From Desulfocapsa sulfexigens DSM 10523 (GTDB lineage: Bacteria > Desulfobacterota > Desulfobulbia > Desulfobulbales > Desulfocapsaceae): DNA of 32,000 nucleotides. Below, piece by piece: positions 1 to 7,068 of this stretch. Numbering within the stretch: the stretch's first letter is position 1; every line of letters starts with the position of its first letter. A program made the position numbers and the translations under genes. Where the stretch lies: positions 3,180,001-3,212,000 of the forward strand of contig NC_020304.1 of assembly GCF_000341395.1 (NCBI RefSeq), in the 5' to 3' direction. Under the pieces are notes generated by a model. The model was not told where the DNA came from. It did no database searches and was given only the letters and a program-made list of their open reading frames with translations.

Positions 1-212
1 ACTCACAAAGGCGTAACTCCAAAGAAGCTGCATTGGAATTAACTTATGTCGTGCCTTTTTTGCTTGAAGATGAGTTAATAGCAAAAGGCGGAAAGTACCA
101 CAAAGTTTAAAATTGGAACTCTTTGGCAGTTATTGATGGTTTGATTGTAACAGGCTAGAACCCTGGTTCGTCAACTGCTGTTGCCGAAGCTTTGCTCAAA
201 GCGCTTAATTAG
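1..212 (+). pseudogene. 3' remnant of a DJ-1/PfpI-type (class I glutamine amidotransferase-like) gene, interrupted by two in-frame stops. The 5' end is off-window.
   Basis: Frame 3 reads ...RRNSKEAALELTYVVPFLLEDELIAKGGKYHKV*NWNSLAVIDGLIVTG*NPGSSTAVAEALLKALN*. The pattern VPFLLED.L ... DG.L.TGQNP.SS matches the C-terminus of DJ-1/PfpI amidases as I recall it. The interrupting stops are TAA at 108-110 and TAG at 156-158; the terminal TAG is at 210-212. No ORF of 60 aa or more is called here. Confidence 0.55.
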
Positions 213-397
213 TTTCAAGGTCCCTGCCTTCAATATGATGTTATGAATTTTAATGGAACGCTCATGCTGATATAGAGGGAAAAATCAGTACCGAAAAGAG
301 TGGGACAAAAGAGATGTAATGAAATTCACATTAGTAAAGCTGACGATTTGACTGGTGGCATGCATCTTTTTGAAAAATAAATTTAACAGGAGGAATC

Positions 398-649
398 ATG
401 GATATAAATAGCTTGATAATATTTCTAGCGATTGGCGCATTAGCCGGGTGGTTTGCTGGCAAAATAATTAAAGGGAGAGGATTTGGAGCCATAGGCAATA
501 TTATTGTTGGCGTTGTTGGAGCTGTTTTGGGCGGTTATGTGTTCAGCTTTCTGGGTGTAACAGCGGGAGGGTTAATAGGCTCTATAATTACAGCCACCGT
601 TGGTGCCATCATTTTGTTGTTTGTAATCAGTATAGCTAAGAAGGTCTAA
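398..649 (+). CDS. GlsB/YeaQ/YmgE-family (transglycosylase-associated) small stress membrane protein
   Basis: An 83-aa, Gly-rich protein with three hydrophobic helices (LAIGALAGWFAGKI..GRGFG..GNIIVGVVGAVLGGYVF), typical of this family. A strong SD (AGGAGG) lies 5-6 nt upstream of the ATG. Confidence 0.85.
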   Translation: MDINSLIIFLAIGALAGWFAGKIIKGRGFGAIGNIIVGVVGAVLGGYVFSFLGVTAGGLIGSIITATVGAIILLFVISIAKKV

Positions 650-705
650 TTTATATGGGACGCCATAAACCCATCCCTTGAGGCACATCTGATCAACACG
701 AAACA

Positions 706-737
706 ACTCCTCCTAAGCCGGTAGGCTGAGGAGGAGT
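706..737. terminator. Strong hairpin between convergent genes; possible bidirectional terminator
   Basis: actcctcctaagcc-ggta-ggctgaggaggagt forms a 14-bp stem with one mismatch and a 4-nt loop. It lies between the glsB-like stop (649) and the stop of the minus-strand lipoprotein gene (756). The flanking U-tracts are weak (only TGTTTCGTGTT on the minus strand). Confidence 0.45.
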
Positions 738-755
738 GGCAATCAAAAAAGACTT

Positions 756-2084
756 TTATGGTGCCAAACTCTGCAATTTCACGCGACCAACACCTTTTCT
801 TTCAACTATCACAGTTGCCAGTTCCCCGGCAGGAAGTCTCAGGTATGCGGCTGTCTTATACATATTAGGGTTGTCGATGTGCGATTTTTCATTACCGATT
901 CTGACAATGACATCGTTGAGTTGAAAGCCGAGCTTATTTTTTGCTGCCCCTTCTTGATCGAGCCAACTGATCAGACAGAGAGGCTTTCCTTCCTGTTCTT
1001 CTGCCAATATATAACGGCTGCATCTGAAGCCCCACTGATATTTCTTTGTATTGTGAAAAGGGTAGCCGTTTTTGTCATAAATATATCCACCGAAGACAAA
1101 TTCATATGGAATATTGTATAATTCCCTGTCATTTTGACTAAAGTGCCACTCCATTTTGGTGTTAAATCGGAGAACCTTAGACATGGTTAAAATATCTAGC
1201 CGCCACTTCCTCTGTTCCTTTATAAAATAATAAGGACTACAGGAACGCTGTTCCAGGGGGTGGATGATGAGTGCCCGTGTCCCGTCATCGGAGTAGACCA
1301 CTTTTCCGTCATTGCATTGTGAGATAAATCGGTATTCATTATCCATATTAATATCTGTGACAGTCCGTTTCTGGAAGAATTTTCGCGTCGCCTCTGAAAA
1401 GATATCGAGATTTGGATTTTTGTTATGGGTCCTGAGACCCATCAGGTGCTTGGCAAGGATATCTTCAGGGGTGTCATCTTCTTCTACAGTAATATTATCT
1501 CCCTGTTTGGCCGTCCTATCCATCTGGCCAATGAGCGCATCGCTTCTTGACCCTCCACCCAGACTTTTAGTTTCCATTGGTTCAAGGTACTCTTTGCCCT
1601 GCTCTGCCTCCATGGCCCGGTCTTTGATGAGTTCCATCAGCATATACACCCCGTCGGAAATGTTCGAGTCACGAAAGTAAGGGACCATACCCTTACGTTC
1701 AATGTAGGAGATAAAGGCATCGGTGTAGATGGGCTCGAGAGCCATTGACACGCCCATTCGCACCTCATCGAGTTGAGAGTTGATCACAAGGAGCAGGGCT
1801 CTGCCGCTTGTTGAGCGACTCTCATACTGGAAGTCTTCGTAAGCCTCGTTGGTAAAGGAGGTGATATCCTGCTCGCTCCTGGTTGTCATCACTCGGAAAT
1901 CGATATCAAAGGTTTTGAGCAGGTAGCTGTTATATTCCCGATAGTGATCCATGACATCCGGAGAAAAATTTATTATTCCTGCATTGTCAACAATGAGAGT
2001 GTCTGTTTGGGTAGAACTCTTATCATCTCCAATACAGCCGGCAATTGTCAGCACGGCAAAGAGTATTGCTATATACATGCTCAT
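756..2084 (-). CDS. Lipoprotein with an N-terminal TPM (TLP18.3/Psb32/MOLO-1) domain, an uncharacterised central region and a C-terminal PDZ-like domain
   Basis: I place the start at internal Met33 of the 474-aa ORF: MSMYIAILFAVLTIAGC is a signal peptide plus lipobox. The TPM-like stretch is VDNAGIINFS...DFRVMTTRSEQDI...GRALLLVINSQLDEVRMGVSMALEPIYTD. The PDZ-like C-terminus is GFQLNDVIVRIGNEK...ELATVIVERKGVGRVKLQ. Confidence 0.65.
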   Translation of the reverse strand: MSMYIAILFAVLTIAGCIGDDKSSTQTDTLIVDNAGIINFSPDVMDHYREYNSYLLKTFDIDFRVMTTRSEQDITSFTNEAYEDFQYESRSTSGRALLLVINSQLDEVRMGVSMALEPIYTDAFISYIERKGMVPYFRDSNISDGVYMLMELIKDRAMEAEQGKEYLEPMETKSLGGGSRSDALIGQMDRTAKQGDNITVEEDDTPEDILAKHLMGLRTHNKNPNLDIFSEATRKFFQKRTVTDINMDNEYRFISQCNDGKVVYSDDGTRALIIHPLEQRSCSPYYFIKEQRKWRLDILTMSKVLRFNTKMEWHFSQNDRELYNIPYEFVFGGYIYDKNGYPFHNTKKYQWGFRCSRYILAEEQEGKPLCLISWLDQEGAAKNKLGFQLNDVIVRIGNEKSHIDNPNMYKTAAYLRLPAGELATVIVERKGVGRVKLQSLAP

Positions 2085-2406
2085 TCTCTTCAATGGCTCT
2101 GCTCCTCGTTGTGGATATCTTTCTGGAAAGATGTATATTATTCTTAGAACAACAAACAGAATCTGATGATTGTCAGTCATTTTTTACAGCATCTAAGATT
2201 GCTAGTAGAGGGCTGCAAATAGTTTCACTTCACATGATTTCATGGTACACTTGCTCGTATTGTACGTTTCTGGGATTGGACACTTACTAGAGTTATCTCT
2301 TTTTTTGGGTTCTTCCTGTTGCGTTAGGGGCTTCGTTCAACAAAATGATGGATGAGGGGTCAGCCCCAATTTTATGGATCTAACAAAAAAATAAAGTTCA
2401 TTATAT

Positions 2407-2787
2407 ATGCCATTTAAAATTGTTCACAATAAACAAAGTGCTTATCTGACAGTTCAAGTAGAAGGGGTCTTTAATCAAGAAGAATTTGTAAAAATACTAG
2501 ACGCTATTGTCAAATCAAATGAGTACCCTGAAAATATTAATGCTATTTATGATCTCTCAAACATGTTTTTTGAAAAGATTTCATCTGACTTTCTTTATAC
2601 ATTATCTTTATTAGCCGAAAAATACAGTAAGCAACGATCTGGAGCTAAAACAGCATTAGTATGCCCCGCAGACCTACAATTTGGCGCGGCGCGAGAATGG
2701 GATGCATATACAGACCACATTCCAGTGGACAAAACTGTAGTTCGTACAATGGAGGAAGCTATAAAATGGGTGAAAAATGCTGATTGA
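2407..2787 (+). CDS. Hypothetical 126-aa protein, possibly with a STAS/SpoIIAA-like fold
   Basis: A clean ORF in an otherwise ORF-free stretch. It has the alternating beta/alpha pattern (YLTVQVEGVFNQEEF..ILDAI..., AIYDLSNM, TALVCPADLQFG) seen in STAS-like modules. There is no SD, and the family call is weak. Confidence 0.45.
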   Translation: MPFKIVHNKQSAYLTVQVEGVFNQEEFVKILDAIVKSNEYPENINAIYDLSNMFFEKISSDFLYTLSLLAEKYSKQRSGAKTALVCPADLQFGAAREWDAYTDHIPVDKTVVRTMEEAIKWVKNAD

Positions 2788-3029
2788 ACATCACCTGGTG
2801 ATACCTTCTTTCAGTCAAAAAAATACGCTTCTTACCCCGTTGTTCTGCAACACCTGTATTCACAGCTAAAAATACAATTTATTTAAAATTAATGCTTATC
2901 CATGATAATGTCCCCTGTAATGCTTGATATTACAAAAGTATTAGTTAAGAACAATTAAGTTCGCCGAACCAGGCAGTGAATTTGACGCAGATAACGTGAA
3001 AGTCGCTCCCCAATCTGCTAAGGATTATC

Positions 3030-3827
3030 ATGTGGTTACACGCTTCCTGTTCCCTTGAATTCAACATTCCTGTTCCAACTCCGTTCCTGCTTATGCTGCG
3101 CCCCCGGAGCGGAAGGCAGCAATGGGTCGCACGCGAACAGTATGTTTTATCACCAAGCGTTTCGGTAGTTGAGTTTACCGATTCATTCGGTAACCTGTGT
3201 CAGCGACTGGTTGCGCCGGCCGGATATTTTTCCGTTCATACCTCCGTTGAGATTGAAACAGCGGATGTATCCGACATGGGCCCTGGAGCCAATTTTGTTG
3301 AAGTACAACAGTTGCCCGATGAGACGCTACCATTCCTTTACCCAAGCCGATATTGTGAATCGGATCGTTTTAACGAAATGGCTGCATCTCTCGTGGCAGG
3401 CCAGGCTGCTGGCTACGATCAATGCACTGCAATTGTAGACTATATCCGCAACACGGTAACGTACACACCCGGTGAAGGACAGCAGATCATAAGTGCCTCC
3501 GAGCTAAACGAGTTAGGACACGGAGTTTGCCGGGATATGGCACATCTAGGCATTGCTTGCTGCCGAGCGCTATCGATACCGGCTCGAATGGTCGTGGGGT
3601 ATCTTGAGTCACTCGAACCGATGGATCTTCATGCTTGGTTTGAAGCTTATGTCGGAAATCGATGGTACACATTTGATCCAACACAAGTCGGTCTGCAAGG
3701 TGGACGTGTCGCGATCGCTTTTGGACGAGATGCGGCCGATGTGGCTATATATACTCAATTCGGTGACCCCGTAAACCAGCTAAATATGCAAGTCAATGTC
3801 GAACGAATGGCCGAACCTCCTTTCTAA
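3030..3827 (+). CDS. Transglutaminase-like cysteine peptidase family protein (COG1305 type)
   Basis: The catalytic triad context is [10 protein letters not shown] (Cys), [10 protein letters not shown] (His) and WYTFDPT (Asp). The N-terminal region is typical of Bact_transglu_N. The SD is AAGGA. G+C is markedly higher than in the flanks. Confidence 0.85.
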   Translation: MWLHASCSLEFNIPVPTPFLLMLRPRSGRQQWVAREQYVLSPSVSVVEFTDSFGNLCQRLVAPAGYFSVHTSVEIETADVSDMGPGANFVEVQQLPDETLPFLYPSRYCESDRFNEMAASLVAGQAAGYDQCTAIVDYIRNTVTYTPGEGQQIISASELNELGHGVCRDMAHLGIACCRALSIPARMVVGYLESLEPMDLHAWFEAYVGNRWYTFDPTQVGLQGGRVAIAFGRDAADVAIYTQFGDPVNQLNMQVNVERMAEPPF

Positions 3828-3970
3828 GACAGGACTTAGTAAAGATTTGAGTCTGCCTGCGACTGGAGTTTTAATCAAGTCAGTCATGCTCATCAGCATT
3901 CACAAATAAAAGTTCAGTACTGAAAATCCCGATTTCTATTGTTCTAATAACTAGATTTTAAACAGATAAC

Positions 3971-5044
3971 ATGTCAAACAATTTAAAGAAAATAGGGTGT
4001 AATAAATCAGTACTGGCATCAATTGACTCAGGGATCCTTGAGCAATTTGATTTAGCACGAGTAGTAGCGGTACACAAAGAAAGCTATACTATAAACAATG
4101 GCGAGATCGATGTTTTAGCTGAATTGGTTGGTAAATTGATTTTCAATGCTTCATCGCCTGCTGATTATCCAGCAGTGGGAGATTGGGTTTTGGTGAATTT
4201 TTATGATGAAAAGACATTCGCTATAATTCACGAAATTGTATCTCGTAAATCTTTACTGAAAAGAAAAACTCCTGGGAAAAAAGTTGAGTTTCAGCTGATC
4301 GCTGCCAATATAGATGTGGCATTCATTGTTCAATCTTTAAATGAGAATTTCAACCTGCGTCGTCTTGAACGCTATCTTGTCGTTGTCAATGAAAGTAATA
4401 TCCAACCAATTGTATTGCTGAGTAAAAGTGATTTACTGGCTCCTGAAGATATCACAAACAGAATCAACGATATTCAGAAAGTTATGCCGGACTTACAAGT
4501 AATTCCCTTTAGCAACGAAAATGAATCTGGTTTGGACTCTGTGAGAAAAAATATGCAACCGGGACTAACATACTGCTTATTGGGATCATCTGGTGTTGGA
4601 AAAACAACATTAATCAATAATCTCATCGGGAAATCAATTTATAGAACTGAGGCTGTGAGCAAAAAAGAAAGTAAAGGAAGGCACGTCACAACGCATAGGC
4701 AGCTCACTCAATTGGATTGTGGAGCCATGGTCGTAGACACACCAGGTATGCGTGAACTTGGTTTTTTTTCAGTTGATACTGGAATTGAAGAGACATTTTC
4801 TGAAATAATGGCTCTTGCTGAAAAATGTCGATACAACGATTGTACACATATCAAAGAAAAAGGGTGTGCAGTGTTGGATGCAGTCGATAAGGGCCTATTG
4901 TCTCAGGATCGTTATCATAATTATATGAAAATGTCCAAAGAGTCCACTTACAATGAAATGTCATATCTGGAGAAAAGAAAAAAGGATAAACAATTCGGAA
5001 AACACTGCAAGACTGTAATGAATTACCGAAAAAATCTTCGATAA
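3971..5044 (+). CDS. rsgA: Ribosome small-subunit-dependent GTPase A (circularly permuted GTPase)
   Basis: The motif order is permuted: G4-like LLSKSDL, then G1 GSSGVGKTTLINNL, then G3 DTPGMRE. The C-terminal zinc cluster is CRYNDCTHIKEKGCAV. There is an N-terminal OB-like region. Confidence 0.9.
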   Translation: MSNNLKKIGCNKSVLASIDSGILEQFDLARVVAVHKESYTINNGEIDVLAELVGKLIFNASSPADYPAVGDWVLVNFYDEKTFAIIHEIVSRKSLLKRKTPGKKVEFQLIAANIDVAFIVQSLNENFNLRRLERYLVVVNESNIQPIVLLSKSDLLAPEDITNRINDIQKVMPDLQVIPFSNENESGLDSVRKNMQPGLTYCLLGSSGVGKTTLINNLIGKSIYRTEAVSKKESKGRHVTTHRQLTQLDCGAMVVDTPGMRELGFFSVDTGIEETFSEIMALAEKCRYNDCTHIKEKGCAVLDAVDKGLLSQDRYHNYMKMSKESTYNEMSYLEKRKKDKQFGKHCKTVMNYRKNLR

Positions 5045-5045
5045 T

Positions 5046-5089
5046 AAAAAAAGGCAGAACCCGTTAAATTCCGTGATCTGCCTTTTTTT
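5046..5089. terminator. Bidirectional intrinsic terminator between rsgA (+) and the EB_dh gene (-)
   Basis: aaaaaaaggcaga (5046-5058) is perfectly complementary to tctgccttttttt (5077-5089). The GC core is ggcaga/tctgcc. An A-tract on one side and a T-tract on the other give a U-run in both orientations. Confidence 0.7.
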
Positions 5090-5121
5090 AATTGTCGGAG
5101 ATTTTGAGAGGTTATTCTGTG

Positions 5122-6150
5122 TTATTTAAACTTCAGTTCAAGGGTTTTCGTATGGAAAAGGTGGTTGATCTGAGAGTTGTCGAATACAGCGATACCAAAG
5201 GGGTAACTTTTTGATTTGTCGGTGAACTGGACATCCTGGGTATCGGCGTTTTCACCTTCAGTTCTTAATGCACGCACCACCTCGAGGGTCCATACACCGT
5301 CTTTATATTCATTTCGAGAGAGAATGTCTGCTCGGCCGCCCATCATAGGTGCAATGCTGATTCCCGGAACAACATCTCCGGCCTTGAAGTTGTCAACAAA
5401 CGGTACTTTTTTACTCGGAATCACATAATACATTTCATCCGCAGTTGGATTAAGATTCATAAATGCCGGTCCTGATTTGTCGGCATTATCATTATCCTTG
5501 TAACCGCCTTTTCCTGTGTCACCTTTTCTTCCCCATCCTTTATTACTTTTGGGGTCAGTATTGTTATCCATGTATTGATCATCAAACATTCCCATTGGTG
5601 AAGAGCGTACAAATTTAGCATGCCACATATCTATGGTCTCCTCTGGAGATGCAGTATATTTTCGTCCTGCAGAAGTATCCCCAGGCTCATCCAGATGGCA
5701 GGAAATCATACAGCCTTCCTCTGCAAAGCCCTTGGTGCTGATATTCCAGAACATTGCAAATTTATCTTCATAATAGGTATTGTCATGACCGGTGCTATCC
5801 TTGTTAGCCATCTTTTTCCAGGAACCGTCACTCTGTTTGACCCATGGGAAGCGTTCAAGGCTCTTGGTTGGATCAGTATATGTTATAAGGAAGTATATAT
5901 TGGTGTCATCATAAAGTGATTTAATAATAACGTTTGTTTTGTCCATACCTTTGTAACCATTGCTGGGTTCATACGGTGTCTCATCAACAGTTACGGTAAT
6001 TGAATCGGCACCGTCCCAGGCTTTATCGGCTCGCCCATCAAGAGTAATAGGTGAACTTGCTCTGCTACTCACAAGGGTCTGATCAGCGGCAATAGCTGTG
6101 GTACTGAAGCCAAGAATAGCTGCTACAGTCATAATTTCCAATGTTTTCAT
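5122..6150 (-). CDS. Secreted EB_dh (ethylbenzene dehydrogenase gamma / DMSO-reductase-type haem-binding, DOMON-like) domain protein
   Basis: The signal peptide is MKTLEIMTVAAILGFSTTAIA/AD. Family-typical motifs are ITLDGRADKAWD, KFAMFWN (candidate Met ligand) and IDMWHAKFVRS..G.FDDQY (candidate Lys ligand). I prefer the start at Met3 (6150): GGAGGT at 6157-6162 is 7 nt from it and only 1 nt from the ORF-track start at 6156. Confidence 0.75.
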   Translation of the reverse strand: MKTLEIMTVAAILGFSTTAIAADQTLVSSRASSPITLDGRADKAWDGADSITVTVDETPYEPSNGYKGMDKTNVIIKSLYDDTNIYFLITYTDPTKSLERFPWVKQSDGSWKKMANKDSTGHDNTYYEDKFAMFWNISTKGFAEEGCMISCHLDEPGDTSAGRKYTASPEETIDMWHAKFVRSSPMGMFDDQYMDNNTDPKSNKGWGRKGDTGKGGYKDNDNADKSGPAFMNLNPTADEMYYVIPSKKVPFVDNFKAGDVVPGISIAPMMGGRADILSRNEYKDGVWTLEVVRALRTEGENADTQDVQFTDKSKSYPFGIAVFDNSQINHLFHTKTLELKFK

Positions 6151-6372
6151 TTGCATACCTCCATATTCTGATTATGCACCTTACGGAAACCCTTTTAAAA
6201 ATCTGCATTACCCGCATCTTTCGTCAAAAAGTCTCTATTAAAATTCATACCGATTCAGTTGCCACCTTTTGGCGGTGGTGTTTTCAAAACCAGGCATAAG
6301 GGCTGATTGCTACATTGTAGGACTTTGTGGGAGGTGTTTCCAGATAATGGTTGTTCACAAATGGTGGATTTT

Positions 6373-6390
6373 TGTGAAGTATACTTCACA
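6373..6390. promoter_or_regulatory. Perfect 18-bp palindrome TGTGAAGTATACTTCACA; candidate dimeric regulator binding site
   Basis: Read directly: TGTGAAGTA/TACTTCACA. It lies 25 nt downstream of the response-regulator stop and about 220 nt upstream of the EB_dh start. An extra TTCACA half-site lies at 6354-6359. No U-tract follows on either strand, so it is unlikely to be a terminator. Confidence 0.35.
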
Positions 6391-6414
6391 GAACGATGGA
6401 AGGTGTCTAATATG

Positions 6415-7068
6415 TTATAATATTTTTGTGGAAAGGAGTTGAAGATAATCAACCATCTTTGCACCAAGGGGGGTTAGTTTATAGGTTTTCCCTTGATCGT
6501 GACAGATGAGGTCATTGTTTTTCAGGCTTTTGAGGTGAAAATTAACTTTTGTATGGTCACTGATTTGAAGATATCGGGTAATATCCATGAAACGCATAGC
6601 TCCTTTAACTGAAAGAACCCTCAGAATCTGTCGTCGAATCTGATTTGAGAGGCATGAAAGGGTCTCATCCATGTCCTGATCCGATAGTTTCTTGCCAAAC
6701 TTCAAAATTTCCAGATTCCTTTTTACGGCAACCAGCAGCTCGGCACGTTTGAATGGCTTACTCAGGTAATCATCGGCCCCAATTTTCATTGCTGCAACTG
6801 CATTTTCAACCGTTGAAAATGCAGTGATCATAATGGTCTTTATGTTTGGGTAATCTTTTTTTACGAGTGGTAGAAATGCCATTCCTCCCATTCCGGGCAT
6901 CATGTTGTCTACAATTATTAAACGGGGAGCGTTTCGTTTTATTTGCTGTAATGCTGTCTCAGCATTTTCACAGCCCATTACGGAGAACCCACTCTCTTCA
7001 AGAATCTCCATTATGCTTTCTCGTAAATCCAGGTCATCGTCAATGACCATGATCGTTTCAGTGTTCAT
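6415..7068 (-). CDS. Response regulator: receiver domain plus a C-terminal ArsR-type winged-helix DNA-binding domain
   Basis: REC motifs are VIDDD, IIVDNMMPGMGG (phospho-acceptor Asp), IMITAF and LSKPF. The C-terminus IRRQILRVLS..GAMRFMDITRYLQISDHTKVNFHLKSLKNNDLI....KTYKLTPLG follows the ArsR/HTH_20 pattern (HLK.L...GL). The start overlaps the kinase stop by 11 nt. Confidence 0.85.
   Translation of the reverse strand: MNTETIMVIDDDLDLRESIMEILEESGFSVMGCENAETALQQIKRNAPRLIIVDNMMPGMGGMAFLPLVKKDYPNIKTIMITAFSTVENAVAAMKIGADDYLSKPFKRAELLVAVKRNLEILKFGKKLSDQDMDETLSCLSNQIRRQILRVLSVKGAMRFMDITRYLQISDHTKVNFHLKSLKNNDLICHDQGKTYKLTPLGAKMVDYLQLLSTKIL

Noticed and set aside
156-158. The in-frame TAG in the DJ-1/PfpI-like frame as a possible pyrrolysine or read-through codon
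   Set aside because: A TAA also interrupts the same frame at 108-110. TAG is used as an ordinary stop in this window, for example at the end of the RND gene (20628-20630) and at 210-212. The position corresponds to a conserved Gln (CAG). A simple nonsense mutation is the economical reading.
356-372. Sigma54-like TGGCA-N6-TTTT elements, here and at 11045-11061
   Set aside because: Both have the -24 GG, but TTTT replaces the highly conserved -12 TTGC (no GC dinucleotide), and no enhancer-binding-protein gene is nearby.
2085-2180. N-terminal extensions of ORF-track models (756..2180, 20437..21894, 28295..29809, 29897..31483)
   Set aside because: In each case an internal Met begins a canonical N-terminus: lipobox signal peptide, TolC signal peptide, MiaB FGCQMN start, PurB start with a GGAGA SD. 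The upstream extension overlaps a neighbouring gene or is low-complexity read-through.
6255-6467. A 70-aa ORF spanning the response-regulator stop and the intergenic palindrome
   Set aside because: It overlaps the regulator's C-terminus in another frame, has no SD and an implausible composition. The region is better explained as regulatory DNA.
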